NCBI GenBank assembly: GCA_049647265.1
Contig: JBARXJ010000061.1
Span: 103,585-135,584 of the forward strand
Direction of reading: 5' to 3'
Source: Microcoleaceae cyanobacterium
Lineage (GTDB): Bacteria; Cyanobacteriota; Cyanobacteriia; Cyanobacteriales; Microcoleaceae
DNA length: 32,000 bases
Shown: positions 1 through 8,663 of the stretch, in pieces
Layout of the letters: each line of letters begins with the position of its first letter
Position numbering within the stretch: the stretch's first letter is position 1
Notes under the pieces: generated by a model
Databases searched by the model: none
What the model saw: the letters and a program-made list of their open reading frames with translations, nothing else
Told to the model about the DNA's origin: nothing
Program-made: the position numbers and the translations under genes

Positions 1-2461
1 CGCTACGACGGTGATGAATTTCCTGTTGTAACCCTTGCCAACGTCGCCACCGTTTAATTAACTTTTGCGGTTTTCCCCATTGATGAACTTGATGACTTTC
101 TAACTGTTCTTCTAGAGTTTGAACCTGTTGTAATTGGGTTGCAACTTCTGGGGGTAAAGGAGGACTAGGAACATTTGGAATTTGTTCAGCTACCGCCTGT
201 GAGACTTCTTCCCCGCGACGACGTTGACCCAACTTAAACGGGATATCGGGAATTTCAACATAATCTACACCCGTTACACGGGTCAAGTCTCCATGCAACG
301 CCACCACATCTTGGGCAGAGACAACATACCAACGGTTATCTTGGCTTAAACAGAGTAAATAGGGTAATTGTCCTGGACTGGGAGTCCTTGCCACCAATAC
401 AGCCGCGACAGGGGCATCGGCACTTTTACCTTTAGAAACGTGTTTTCCTTGTAAACTTAATACCGTTCCCAATACCGCATATTCTAACGCTTCTGCCATA
501 TAATTTGTACGGTTTTCTTCGGCTTGTTGTTCGAGTGTCTTTAATAACCGTTTTTCTTCCCGCAAACGTTCTTGTAATTTCTCGTAACTGGCAATATTTT
601 GTTCTAATTCTGTAAAAGATTGTTCGGCTTGTAAGTTAAACTGAGATTCAATCTCTTTAACTTCAGTTTCTAACTTCTCAATGGCTTCTTCTTCAGGAAC
701 TAAAGTACTGGTAGAAAGATATTGACCAAAACTCCGTTCTACTAAATCTTTAGCTTGTGCTAAATTATGAGTCTGCAATAGGTTTAAAACCATGCCATAA
801 CTGGGGGTAAATTGACTCACTAATGGATCAGCCCCAACAGTTGCTAAATATGCCGCTTCTTCTGCCCCTTCAAATGGCGTTTGTATGGTCACGACATGAC
901 CAATTCGATCCATTCCTCGTCGTCCGGCGCGTCCTGACATTTGCAGAAATTCCGACGGTTTTAATAAGCGAATGCCTTCATCGGTTCGTTTCGATAAACT
1001 AGAAATTAAGGTAGTCCGGGCTGGCATATTAATTCCGGCGGCTAAAGTTTCGGTGGCAAACACTACTTTAATTAACCCTTGGGTAAATAATTCCTCGACT
1101 AATACTTTCCAAACCGGTAAAATACCCGCATGGTGGGCAGCAATACCTGCATATAACGGTTCGAGATGTTGAGGACGACCCGCTTCTGGGTTACGGGCGA
1201 GAAAGTCTTCAATACGGCGATGTAATTCTTCGGCTTCTTCTGGAGTCACTAAAGAAAATGTTTGTAATTCATGGACGGCAGCGTAACATTCATCCATGGC
1301 TAAGTCACAACCCCGGCGACTAAAGATAAAGTAAATAGCCGGTAACATCTGGCGGCGTTGCAACTGATGCATAGCGTAAAGGGTTTCTGGGACAAACAGA
1401 ACTTTTATTAAACCCTGTTGATACAGATAAGCAATAAATTGTCGCCATATTGGGGCAAGATCGCCGTGATAAGTGGCAATACCGCGATACAGTGATTTTA
1501 TCGATTTTTGTTGACGAAAGCGAGGATATTCTCGTAAGAAAGCATCGATCTCTTCTGTGACGGCAGTGGCTTCTTTACGACTGAGAAGATTAACTGATTC
1601 TAACTTTAAGTCTGTGACAGCGCGATCGCAACCTCGACGACCGGAGATCAGATAAATACTCGGTAATAAGTCTTGTTTTTCTAAGCTTTTCAACGCGCCT
1701 GCTAAACTGCGACCTTGTTGACCTTCGGTATAACGACGACGGGGGTTATATTTACCGTGATGGGTCTTTTTCGGTTTGAGTAAGCGGTTAATAGCTTTGC
1801 GGTCATCATCTAAGAGGGGAAACATTCCCTTTGTATTGCAAAAATGAAATAATAACGGTACAGGACGATGATCGGAGTCAATTAACTCAGTGGGGCCGTG
1901 AACATTCGATAACCAGTCGGTGAGTTGATCGCTATTGGCAACCGTTGCAGAGAGGGCGACCAATTGAATAGAGGGAGGACAATAGATAATTGACTCTTCC
2001 CATACTGTACCCCGTTGGCGATCGTTCATGTAATGGCATTCATCTAAGACCACCACTTCTACCCCTTCTAAGGAGGTTCCCACTTCTCCAATAGGCGTGC
2101 CGTATAACATATTACGGAAAATTTCCGTCGTCATGATCAAAATAGGCGCATCCCGGTTGATCGAAGAGTCTCCCGTCAGTAACCCCACTAATTCTGCCCC
2201 AAATTGGTCTCTGAAGTCCCGTAATTTTTGGTTTGACAGGGCTTTTAGCGGCGTGGTATAAAACACTCGTTTCCCTTGACTCAATGCCCGATGGATGGCA
2301 TATTCACCAATTAAGGTCTTACCTGACCCTGTGGGGGCGCAGACAACTACCGACTTTCCGGCATCCAACGCAGCGATCGCATTGAGTTGAAACCGATCTA
2401 GTTTAAAAGGGAAAATTGTGCTGAGATCCAGTGTGGGAGTAGGTTCAATTGAGTTGGACAC
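1..2461 (-). CDS. Ski2-like SF2 DExH-box helicase (N-terminal ~820 aa; C-terminus lies beyond window start)
   Basis: Own translation of the minus strand from GTG 2461-2459 gives VSNSIEPTPTLDLSTIFPFKLDRFQLNAIAALDAGKSVVVCAPTGSGKTLIGEYAI... Motifs: Walker A APTGSGKT, DExH box VVLDECHYM, LSATV. The frame stays open to position 1 (codons over 1-120 checked by hand), which explains its absence from the complete-ORF track. Confidence 0.85.
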   Translation of the reverse strand, partial: MSNSIEPTPTLDLSTIFPFKLDRFQLNAIAALDAGKSVVVCAPTGSGKTLIGEYAIHRALSQGKRVFYTTPLKALSNQKLRDFRDQFGAELVGLLTGDSSINRDAPILIMTTEIFRNMLYGTPIGEVGTSLEGVEVVVLDECHYMNDRQRGTVWEESIIYCPPSIQLVALSATVANSDQLTDWLSNVHGPTELIDSDHRPVPLLFHFCNTKGMFPLLDDDRKAINRLLKPKKTHHGKYNPRRRYTEGQQGRSLAGALKSLEKQDLLPSIYLISGRRGCDRAVTDLKLESVNLLSRKEATAVTEEIDAFLREYPRFRQQKSIKSLYRGIATYHGDLAPIWRQFIAYLYQQGLIKVLFVPETLYAMHQLQRRQMLPAIYFIFSRRGCDLAMDECYAAVHELQTFSLVTPEEAEELHRRIEDFLARNPEAGRPQHLEPLYAGIAAHHAGILPVWKVLVEELFTQGLIKVVFATETLAAGINMPARTTLISSLSKRTDEGIRLLKPSEFLQMSGRAGRRGMDRIGHVVTIQTPFEGAEEAAYLATVGADPLVSQFTPSYGMVLNLLQTHNLAQAKDLVERSFGQYLSTSTLVPEEEAIEKLETEVKEIESQFNLQAEQSFTELEQNIASYEKLQERLREEKRLLKTLEQQAEENRTNYMAEALEYAVLGTVLSLQGKHVSKGKSADAPVAAVLVARTPSPGQLPYLLCLSQDNRWYVVSAQDVVALHGDLTRVTGVDYVEIPDIPFKLGQRRRGEEVSQAVAEQIPNVPSPPLPPEVATQLQQVQTLEEQLESHQVHQWGKPQKLIKRWRRWQGLQQEIHHRRS

Positions 2462-2611
2462 AAGTGTTATGGCCGTGAAGAATGGGTGAATATGCCACCT
2501 GAATCATTTTCAGGCGATACAATATTTTAACGAATCTTAGATGATAATTTTTGAGTATAGCAATTTCCAATCGTAAAATTTCTTTAATTTCTCGTTGTAA
2601 ATTATACTTTT

Positions 2612-3745
2612 ATGATACCTAAAATTTCTTCTATTCCCCTGATACAGTTAGCTTCAGGCGATCATCTTGTTCTGCAAATCTATCAATTTATTGGCTTACA
2701 GCCGGGAAAAAAGGCTTATCTTCAATCTAATTTACACGGCGCTGAGATTAGTGGCAATGCCGTTATTCAGCAATTGATCGAATTTCTAGTCAGTTTAGAT
2801 CCGTCTCAACTTACTGGAGAAATTTGCCTCGTCCCTGTTTGTAACCCCTTAAGTACTTCGATGCGATCGCATCATTTTTCTTCGGGTCGTTATAATATTT
2901 ATGATGGCAAAGATTGGAATCGAATTTTTTGGGATTATGAAAAAACAGATGCTGATATTACGAGTTTTGCTCAATCTCATCTGCATTTAAACCCGATAGA
3001 AATTCAACAAAAGTATCGTCAAAATATTATAGATAAATTTCATACTATTTTATCTGATATTCAATCTTCAAAAGGATTACCCTATTCGGAAGTGTATCGT
3101 TATCAATTACAATCTTTGTGTTTAGATGCGGACTATATTTTAGATTTACATAGTTCTACTAATCAAGCGATTGATTATTTATATTGTTTTAAAGCTCGTC
3201 AAGAGAGTGCAAAAGCCTTTCTCTTAGAACGTGGAATTTTGATGAATGATTATGATGGCGATGCGTTTGACGAAGCCTTTCTCAAGCCCTGGCTTGCCTT
3301 AGAAGATGCTTTAGCAGATGCCGGAAAACCCATACAATTTGATATTGAATCCTGGACATTAGAACTCGGTTCTGGGATGATCATGAATCCGAATTCTGTT
3401 AAAAATGGCGTTCGCGGCATTAAAAACTATCTCTGCACAAAAGGAATGTTAAACCTGCCCAATTATCCCCTACCAGAAACAGAAGATTACGAGGTATTAT
3501 TCACTCCCAAAAATCAACTAAAACGATATTATGCTCCCGTTGGCGGTATGATTCAATCCCGCGTGGAATTAGGAAGCACTATTAAAAAAGGAGATAAAAT
3601 TTATCAAATTCTCAGCTTTAATAAATTAGGAGAACTGCCCAAAATCATAGATGTTTACGCAGAATCAGACGGATTTATTTTTGATATGTCCACTAATCAT
3701 TCTGTGAATCAATATGATTATGTCCTAGGGGTGATGTTACAGTAA
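2612..3745 (+). CDS. Succinylglutamate desuccinylase/aspartoacylase (AstE/AspA, M14-like) family zinc hydrolase
   Basis: 377-aa ORF. N-terminal LQSNLHGAEISGN matches the HGxE zinc-ligand motif of this family. Assigned from memory of the family, not searched. Confidence 0.6.
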   Translation: MIPKISSIPLIQLASGDHLVLQIYQFIGLQPGKKAYLQSNLHGAEISGNAVIQQLIEFLVSLDPSQLTGEICLVPVCNPLSTSMRSHHFSSGRYNIYDGKDWNRIFWDYEKTDADITSFAQSHLHLNPIEIQQKYRQNIIDKFHTILSDIQSSKGLPYSEVYRYQLQSLCLDADYILDLHSSTNQAIDYLYCFKARQESAKAFLLERGILMNDYDGDAFDEAFLKPWLALEDALADAGKPIQFDIESWTLELGSGMIMNPNSVKNGVRGIKNYLCTKGMLNLPNYPLPETEDYEVLFTPKNQLKRYYAPVGGMIQSRVELGSTIKKGDKIYQILSFNKLGELPKIIDVYAESDGFIFDMSTNHSVNQYDYVLGVMLQ

Positions 3746-3772
3746 AACTCTTCGTTAAAATCTTACTATCCT

Positions 3773-3886
3773 CTGACTCCTAACTCCTGACGGGCGTGAC
3801 TCCTGGATACTGACTCGGTGACTCGGTGACTCCTGGATACTGACTCCTAACTCCCCACTCCTGACTCGGTGACTCGGTGACTCCGG
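3773..3886. repeat. Mosaic 7-8-mer tandem array (TGACTCC / TGACTCGG / TGGATAC / TAACTCC)
   Basis: Read directly. A 21-bp unit gtgactcctggatactgactc occurs at 3796-3816 and 3826-3846. A 23-bp unit tgactcggtgactcggtgactcc occurs at 3811-3833 and 3862-3884. The array starts about 28 nt after the stop of the upstream gene. Confidence 0.9.
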
Positions 3887-3934
3887 TATAAATGTTAAAG
3901 TAAATTTCGTATATATTTTAGCAGAGGTCTAGTC

Positions 3935-4417
3935 ATGGCATTAGATGAACAAGCCAAAAAAACAATTTTAAGAAAAATTCCCCATGCCCTCTATGTTTGC
4001 GGGGTTAAAGACGGAGAAGATGTCAACGGCTTTACTGCCAGTTGGGTGATGCAAGCCTCCTTTCAACCCCCGTTAGTGGTAAATTGTGTTAAAAATGATT
4101 CTAAATCCCATGAGATGATTGCCACCAGTGGCGTATTCTCTTTAAGTTTCCTAGAACAGGGTCAAAAAGAGATGGCGCAAAAGTTCTTTAAACCACAACG
4201 TCGCGTCGGTAATAAGTTTGAAGATGTCGAATTTTACGAAGGAGAAACAGGTTGCCCGATTATCTCAGATTCCCTGGGTTATGTCGAGTGTAAAGTCGTC
4301 GGTAGTGTTGAACAAGGAGACCATACCGTCTACGTCGGAGAAGTGATAGCCGCAGGTGTCCATCGAGAAGGAGAAATTCTTGATTTAGCCAGTACGGGTT
4401 GGAATTACGGCGGATAA
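3935..4417 (+). CDS. Flavin reductase-like FMN-binding family protein
   Basis: 160 aa. FTASWVMQASFQPPLVVNCV and GDHTVYVGEV are typical of the flavin reductase split-barrel domain. Confidence 0.75.
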   Translation: MALDEQAKKTILRKIPHALYVCGVKDGEDVNGFTASWVMQASFQPPLVVNCVKNDSKSHEMIATSGVFSLSFLEQGQKEMAQKFFKPQRRVGNKFEDVEFYEGETGCPIISDSLGYVECKVVGSVEQGDHTVYVGEVIAAGVHREGEILDLASTGWNYGG

Positions 4418-4506
4418 TTTAACCTGGGATGGGGCAGAAGTTACCACTCTGGCATCCCCATCTGTTATCCTACTCAAAATAGTCACTTCTGTTACCCATT
4501 GAGACA

Positions 4507-4854
4507 ATGCCGTTAATTAAGGTTCAAACCTCTGTTTCTCAACCCGAACAATCTATGGCAGAAGCCTTACTCAAAGATTTATCTGCGGCTTTAGCCCAAC
4601 AGTTAGGCAAGCCAGAATCCTACGTTATGACTGCATTAGAGGCAAATGTACCGATGACATTCGCAGGCACTACTGACCCAGTCTGTTATATGGAAATCAA
4701 AAGTATTGGCTTACCCAGCAGCAAAACACAAACCTTGAGTCAAGAATTTTGTCAAAAAATTAACCAATCATTGAATATTCCCACTGACCGTATTTACATT
4801 GAATTTGCTGATGCCCCCCGAAATATGTGGGGTTGGAATGGAAAAACATTTTAG
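4507..4854 (+). CDS. MIF / phenylpyruvate tautomerase family protein
   Basis: 115 aa. Met-Pro N-terminus (MPLIKVQT), where Pro-1 is the catalytic base in the tautomerase superfamily. Length and C-terminal WGWNGKTF are MIF-like. Confidence 0.7.
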   Translation: MPLIKVQTSVSQPEQSMAEALLKDLSAALAQQLGKPESYVMTALEANVPMTFAGTTDPVCYMEIKSIGLPSSKTQTLSQEFCQKINQSLNIPTDRIYIEFADAPRNMWGWNGKTF

Positions 4855-4983
4855 TTAATGTTCCTTAAGGTTACCTGATGGCGTTTCCTGATGCCTTTGT
4901 CACCTCTCCAACTTCCACAAACAACCGGAAAAGATGAGAAAATGGGGATGCCAGAGTATTTATATCGATTCAGTTAATATCCC

Positions 4984-5817
4984 GTGTTTATCCGTTTGAA
5001 AACCATCCCAACTTGGGCAGCACTTTCCCTCATGGGTAATGGACTGTTACTCTTGTGGGTTGTTCTGCTGAACATACAGGGACAAACTTTATCTCATTAT
5101 CCTCAAACTAATCCCGCTGCGGTATTAGCGTCAGAATCTCGTGAACTAATTCCGCCAGACTATCAGCCAAGTCATCGCTTAGGGCCAAAGCATCGCTGGA
5201 CTTATCGACAGTGGGTGATTCAGTTACAACGGGAAGCCCAAGCCGCCGCAGAACAACGTCCCCAGCATTTAACTGTCTTGGCGGGGGATTCTCTCAGTTT
5301 ATGGTTTCCGCCGCAACTCTTGCCCGGTGGCCGAACATGGCTAAATCAAGGGATTTCTGGGGAAACATCATCCGGTTTACTGAAGCGTTTAAACCTACTG
5401 GATGTGACTCAACCCGAAACGGTTTTTGTCATGATTGGGATTAATGACCTATTGCGAGGAATTGATAACGAAACGTTACTCGAGAATTCGCGGGCAATTA
5501 TTCAAGATTTACGCTGGGCCCATCCCAACGCCCAAATTGTCCTCCAGTCGATTTTACCCCATAGTGATGAGAAAGCCACCTGGGAAGGACGCGATCGCTT
5601 AACGAATATTCCTAATCGCCGCATTCGTTATCTTAACCGAGAGTTACAAACTATTGCCGCAGCAGAAGGGGCATTTTTCCTTGATTTACATCCTTTATTT
5701 ACAGATGAAAAAGGCCAGCTACGACCGGAACTTAGTACAGATGGTTTACATCTCAATCAAAATGGTTATTTAGTTTGGAGTTCAGGCTTACAATTATTTA
5801 GTCAAATGCAACTTTAA
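4984..5817 (+). CDS. Membrane-anchored SGNH/GDSL hydrolase
   Basis: GTG start and an N-terminal hydrophobic helix. All four SGNH blocks are present: LAGDSLS, GISGETS, MIGINDL, DGLHLN. Confidence 0.75.
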   Translation: MFIRLKTIPTWAALSLMGNGLLLLWVVLLNIQGQTLSHYPQTNPAAVLASESRELIPPDYQPSHRLGPKHRWTYRQWVIQLQREAQAAAEQRPQHLTVLAGDSLSLWFPPQLLPGGRTWLNQGISGETSSGLLKRLNLLDVTQPETVFVMIGINDLLRGIDNETLLENSRAIIQDLRWAHPNAQIVLQSILPHSDEKATWEGRDRLTNIPNRRIRYLNRELQTIAAAEGAFFLDLHPLFTDEKGQLRPELSTDGLHLNQNGYLVWSSGLQLFSQMQL

Positions 5818-5883
5818 GGATTAGTTATTTGTTCTTTGTTGTTAGTGATAATCTCTATTGCCTATTTCCTATTCTCTTATAAT

Positions 5884-6741
5884 TCAAGAAAACATCAGAT
5901 TTTTTGAACCAAAAATGTCAGAATAAAGAGCAATATCCTGTTGATAACAGTCTTGAACAATTTCAATTAATTCTTCATTATAAAGTAATTTTGGAGCCGG
6001 ACATTTACCTGAACGTTTCAGCAGAAATAGATTATCCGGAGATAGATTAGCATAAGATTTTCCTTCAGATAAAGTATCCTCAACAAATTTTAATTGACTA
6101 GAACCATGTTTTGTTAAATCTCGGGCATCTACTACAGACAATTCTATTTTTTCTTGTAACGTCTTAACAGCTTTGCCAAACTCTTCTAAACAAAAATAGT
6201 CATCGTATTCTTCATAGACTAAAAAATCGATTTGCGGTTGCCAATGAATATTACCTTTTTTAATAGCTGCTTTTTTCATTAACTTGATAAACACTTCAAA
6301 CGAAACTTTACTTAAGTCTAAACTATGATTCGTTAAGTTTTGAAGTATCCAAGAATCCAAAGAACGATCTACAATTTTATCTAAATAACAACTCGCTAAA
6401 CGGCTGTAAGGACAACGTAAAATAACAAAGGTATAATCTGCTGTAATTAAACTGGCTAAATCGGCACTAAAAGTATCGTTGTTTTGATGAATCCAATTAA
6501 AATCTGCTTTATCTTTTATACATTGATTTTCTAATGCTAAAGATAACCGCATCGTAGAACAAGCATTTTTAGGAATAAAACTATAAATCGCATTGGAACG
6601 ATAAATCCGTAATGCGTGCTTCATCGCCAACTGATGTTTGGAATTCTTTTTTAGTAAATTACCATAGGTTTCTGCACCATAACGTAGAAGTCTATTCATA
6701 ATACAAGGAAGAGAGTGAAGTTTGAAGATGCAACTTATCAA
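5884..6741 (-). CDS. Sulfotransferase family 2-like protein
   Basis: FIPKNACST (PAPS-binding loop-like), ILRCPYSRLASCY and HWQPQ blocks. The start is uncertain; alternative ATGs lie at 6699 and further in. Confidence 0.55.
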   Translation of the reverse strand: MISCIFKLHSLPCIMNRLLRYGAETYGNLLKKNSKHQLAMKHALRIYRSNAIYSFIPKNACSTMRLSLALENQCIKDKADFNWIHQNNDTFSADLASLITADYTFVILRCPYSRLASCYLDKIVDRSLDSWILQNLTNHSLDLSKVSFEVFIKLMKKAAIKKGNIHWQPQIDFLVYEEYDDYFCLEEFGKAVKTLQEKIELSVVDARDLTKHGSSQLKFVEDTLSEGKSYANLSPDNLFLLKRSGKCPAPKLLYNEELIEIVQDCYQQDIALYSDIFGSKNLMFS

Positions 6742-6948
6742 AATTAAAGATGTTAAAGAATAACGCCTCTACTTTGATCAATCTTTATTAAACCATTTGT
6801 TGTGATGGGCTGAAAGATTGCTTCAAACAGATTATATTGTCATCAGTCTTTATCAACTGGCGATATGTCTGACGACAAACTTATTGAGCGCTGACCTTTT
6901 CGCTGACTATTTTTAACTCTATAATCATAAACAGTATTGATCGCCGCC

Positions 6949-7875
6949 TCAATCAATCTTTGCTCCCTGACTATCAATAGCTAAAGGCTGAACATTGGCT
7001 TCAACCCCAAGTTGTTTCCAGGCTGTTGTCATGGCAGCGGCAACTGTTGTAGCATTTTCTGTATCCGTCAACGCCAGTAATGTTGGCCCCGCACCACTAA
7101 TCACCAGTCCCATCGCCCCGGCTGCAATAGCGGCCGTTTGAACGGCTTCATAGCCCCGAATGAGACCATAGCGGTAAGGTTGATGAATACGGTCTGCTAA
7201 AGCCACCTGTAGCCACTGAGGCTGTGCTGTTGCTAAACCCCGCACCAATAAGCCAAAATGAGCTGTATTGAAAATTGCATCCGCTTTGCTGTATTCTGTG
7301 GGTAAGACTCGGCGGGCTTCTGCGGTCGATAGTTCAAAGTTGGGAATGGCTACGACTGGGATAATATCCGGATGCCAGGGAATATCACAAATTTCCCAGC
7401 GGTTATCCTCAGCAACCGAAAGTTGACAATTTCCCAACAAAGCTGGCACTACATTATCTGGATGTCCTTCAATGGCGATCGCCAGTTCTGTGACTTCTGC
7501 TAAACTAAGCGAATTACCCGAGAGTGCATTTGCCCCCAGTAAACCGCCCACAATGGCAGTAGCTGAACTTCCCAAACCTCTGGCTAAGGGAACACCTAAC
7601 TCAATCTGCATTTTAACCGGTGGCGGCGTTTGATCTAAATGTTGATACAGTTTAGTGAAAGCTTGATAGGCTAAATTATCTGAATTAGTGCTAACTCGAT
7701 CTGCTTCTACTCCAGTTACGCTAATCTCAACGGTTGAAGAATTCGGTTGAGAAGACGTAGGCAGCAGAGAAAAAGTAATACGATTATACAACGTTAAGGC
7801 AGCACCGATACAATCAAATCCTGGCCCTATATTTGCTGTCGTTGCGGGTACAGTTACTGTTACAGAATTAGACAT
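6949..7875 (-). CDS. thrB: Homoserine kinase
   Basis: VPATTANIGPGFDCIG and the GHMP-kinase motif GLGSSATAIVG. The ORF track extends to ATG 7914, but MSNSVTVTVPATT from ATG 7875 fits the usual ThrB N-terminus. Confidence 0.9.
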   Translation of the reverse strand: MSNSVTVTVPATTANIGPGFDCIGAALTLYNRITFSLLPTSSQPNSSTVEISVTGVEADRVSTNSDNLAYQAFTKLYQHLDQTPPPVKMQIELGVPLARGLGSSATAIVGGLLGANALSGNSLSLAEVTELAIAIEGHPDNVVPALLGNCQLSVAEDNRWEICDIPWHPDIIPVVAIPNFELSTAEARRVLPTEYSKADAIFNTAHFGLLVRGLATAQPQWLQVALADRIHQPYRYGLIRGYEAVQTAAIAAGAMGLVISGAGPTLLALTDTENATTVAAAMTTAWKQLGVEANVQPLAIDSQGAKID

Positions 7876-7941
7876 CTTTTGCGTATTTGCGATCGCCACT
7901 AACTGCTGCATCATACCAGATTCAAACAGAATTTAAAGTAT

Positions 7942-8015
7942 ACCTCACCCCAACCCCTCTCACCTCTCCCTGCCCTCTCGACCTCACCCCAACCCCTCTC
8001 CTAGTAGGAGAGGGG
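7942..8015. repeat. C-rich direct repeat plus hairpin (intergenic repeat element)
   Basis: acctcaccccaacccctctc occurs at 7942-7961 and 7981-8000. The second copy runs into the hairpin cccctctcc-tagt-aggagagggg (7993-8015). Confidence 0.8.
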
Positions 8016-8114
8016 CAAAAAAATCCCTAATTTATAGCAATATTCAATCGTATCCGAAATTGAATTCATATAATGGGAAGTACAAATTATTATCCTTAAT
8101 AGCCACCTGAATTA

Positions 8115-8537
8115 ATGGAACCCATAACTGCTACTGCTATTATTACCCTTCTCTCTAGTAAATTTATTGAAAAAGCCACTGATAAGCTGTCAGAAGGGGG
8201 AGTACAAAAACTCAACGATCTGCGTCAACTGATATGGCAGAAAGTACGAGGACAAGCAAAAGTCGAAAACGCCCTGAAACAAGTTGAACAAGGTTCAGAG
8301 TCAGAGTCAGATGTTCAGCCTGTAGCTGCATTTCTCGAAACCGCAATGACGCGAGATCCCCAATTTGCCCAACAGGTTCAAACCCTTGCCCAGGAAATTA
8401 ACCAAGAAATTAATATTGATATGCCTAATGCTAAAGGTGTTCAGAATGTCTTCGGTGGTGAAGCTTATCAGTCTATTGATAATAAAGGGGTAAATGTTCA
8501 AGGTGGGAGTGGTAATACCTTTAATATTAATTATTGA
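8115..8537 (+). CDS. Helical effector-like N-terminal module of an NLR-like protein, ended by in-frame TGA
   Basis: 140-aa ORF in the same frame as the NB-ARC ORF downstream. It has a hydrophobic first helix MEPITATAIITLLSS and a G/N/Q-rich tail. See findings. Confidence 0.6.
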   Translation: MEPITATAIITLLSSKFIEKATDKLSEGGVQKLNDLRQLIWQKVRGQAKVENALKQVEQGSESESDVQPVAAFLETAMTRDPQFAQQVQTLAQEINQEINIDMPNAKGVQNVFGGEAYQSIDNKGVNVQGGSGNTFNINY

Positions 8538-8663
8538 CTCAACTCGTCCGAAGAGGATCGGATAAAGTTAACTCCCCCTTATGAAAACTTAGGGATACGC
8601 GGTATTGCTGAACGCGATAAATTTGTCGGACGCGATCGCACACTCATAGATCTTCATCAATTA

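Noticed and set aside
972-1172. 66-aa plus-strand ORF from the track
   Set aside because: It lies entirely inside the well-supported minus-strand helicase CDS and has no recognisable motifs. It is a shadow ORF.
3773-3886. Heptamer arrays (also 18815-18869) as CRISPR arrays
   Set aside because: The units are 7-8 nt with no unique spacers and there are no cas genes. They are simple tandem repeats.
5211-5444. 77-aa plus-strand ORF overlapping the SGNH hydrolase in another frame
   Set aside because: It is out of frame within a gene that has all four SGNH blocks, and its R/S/G-rich composition is odd. It is spurious.
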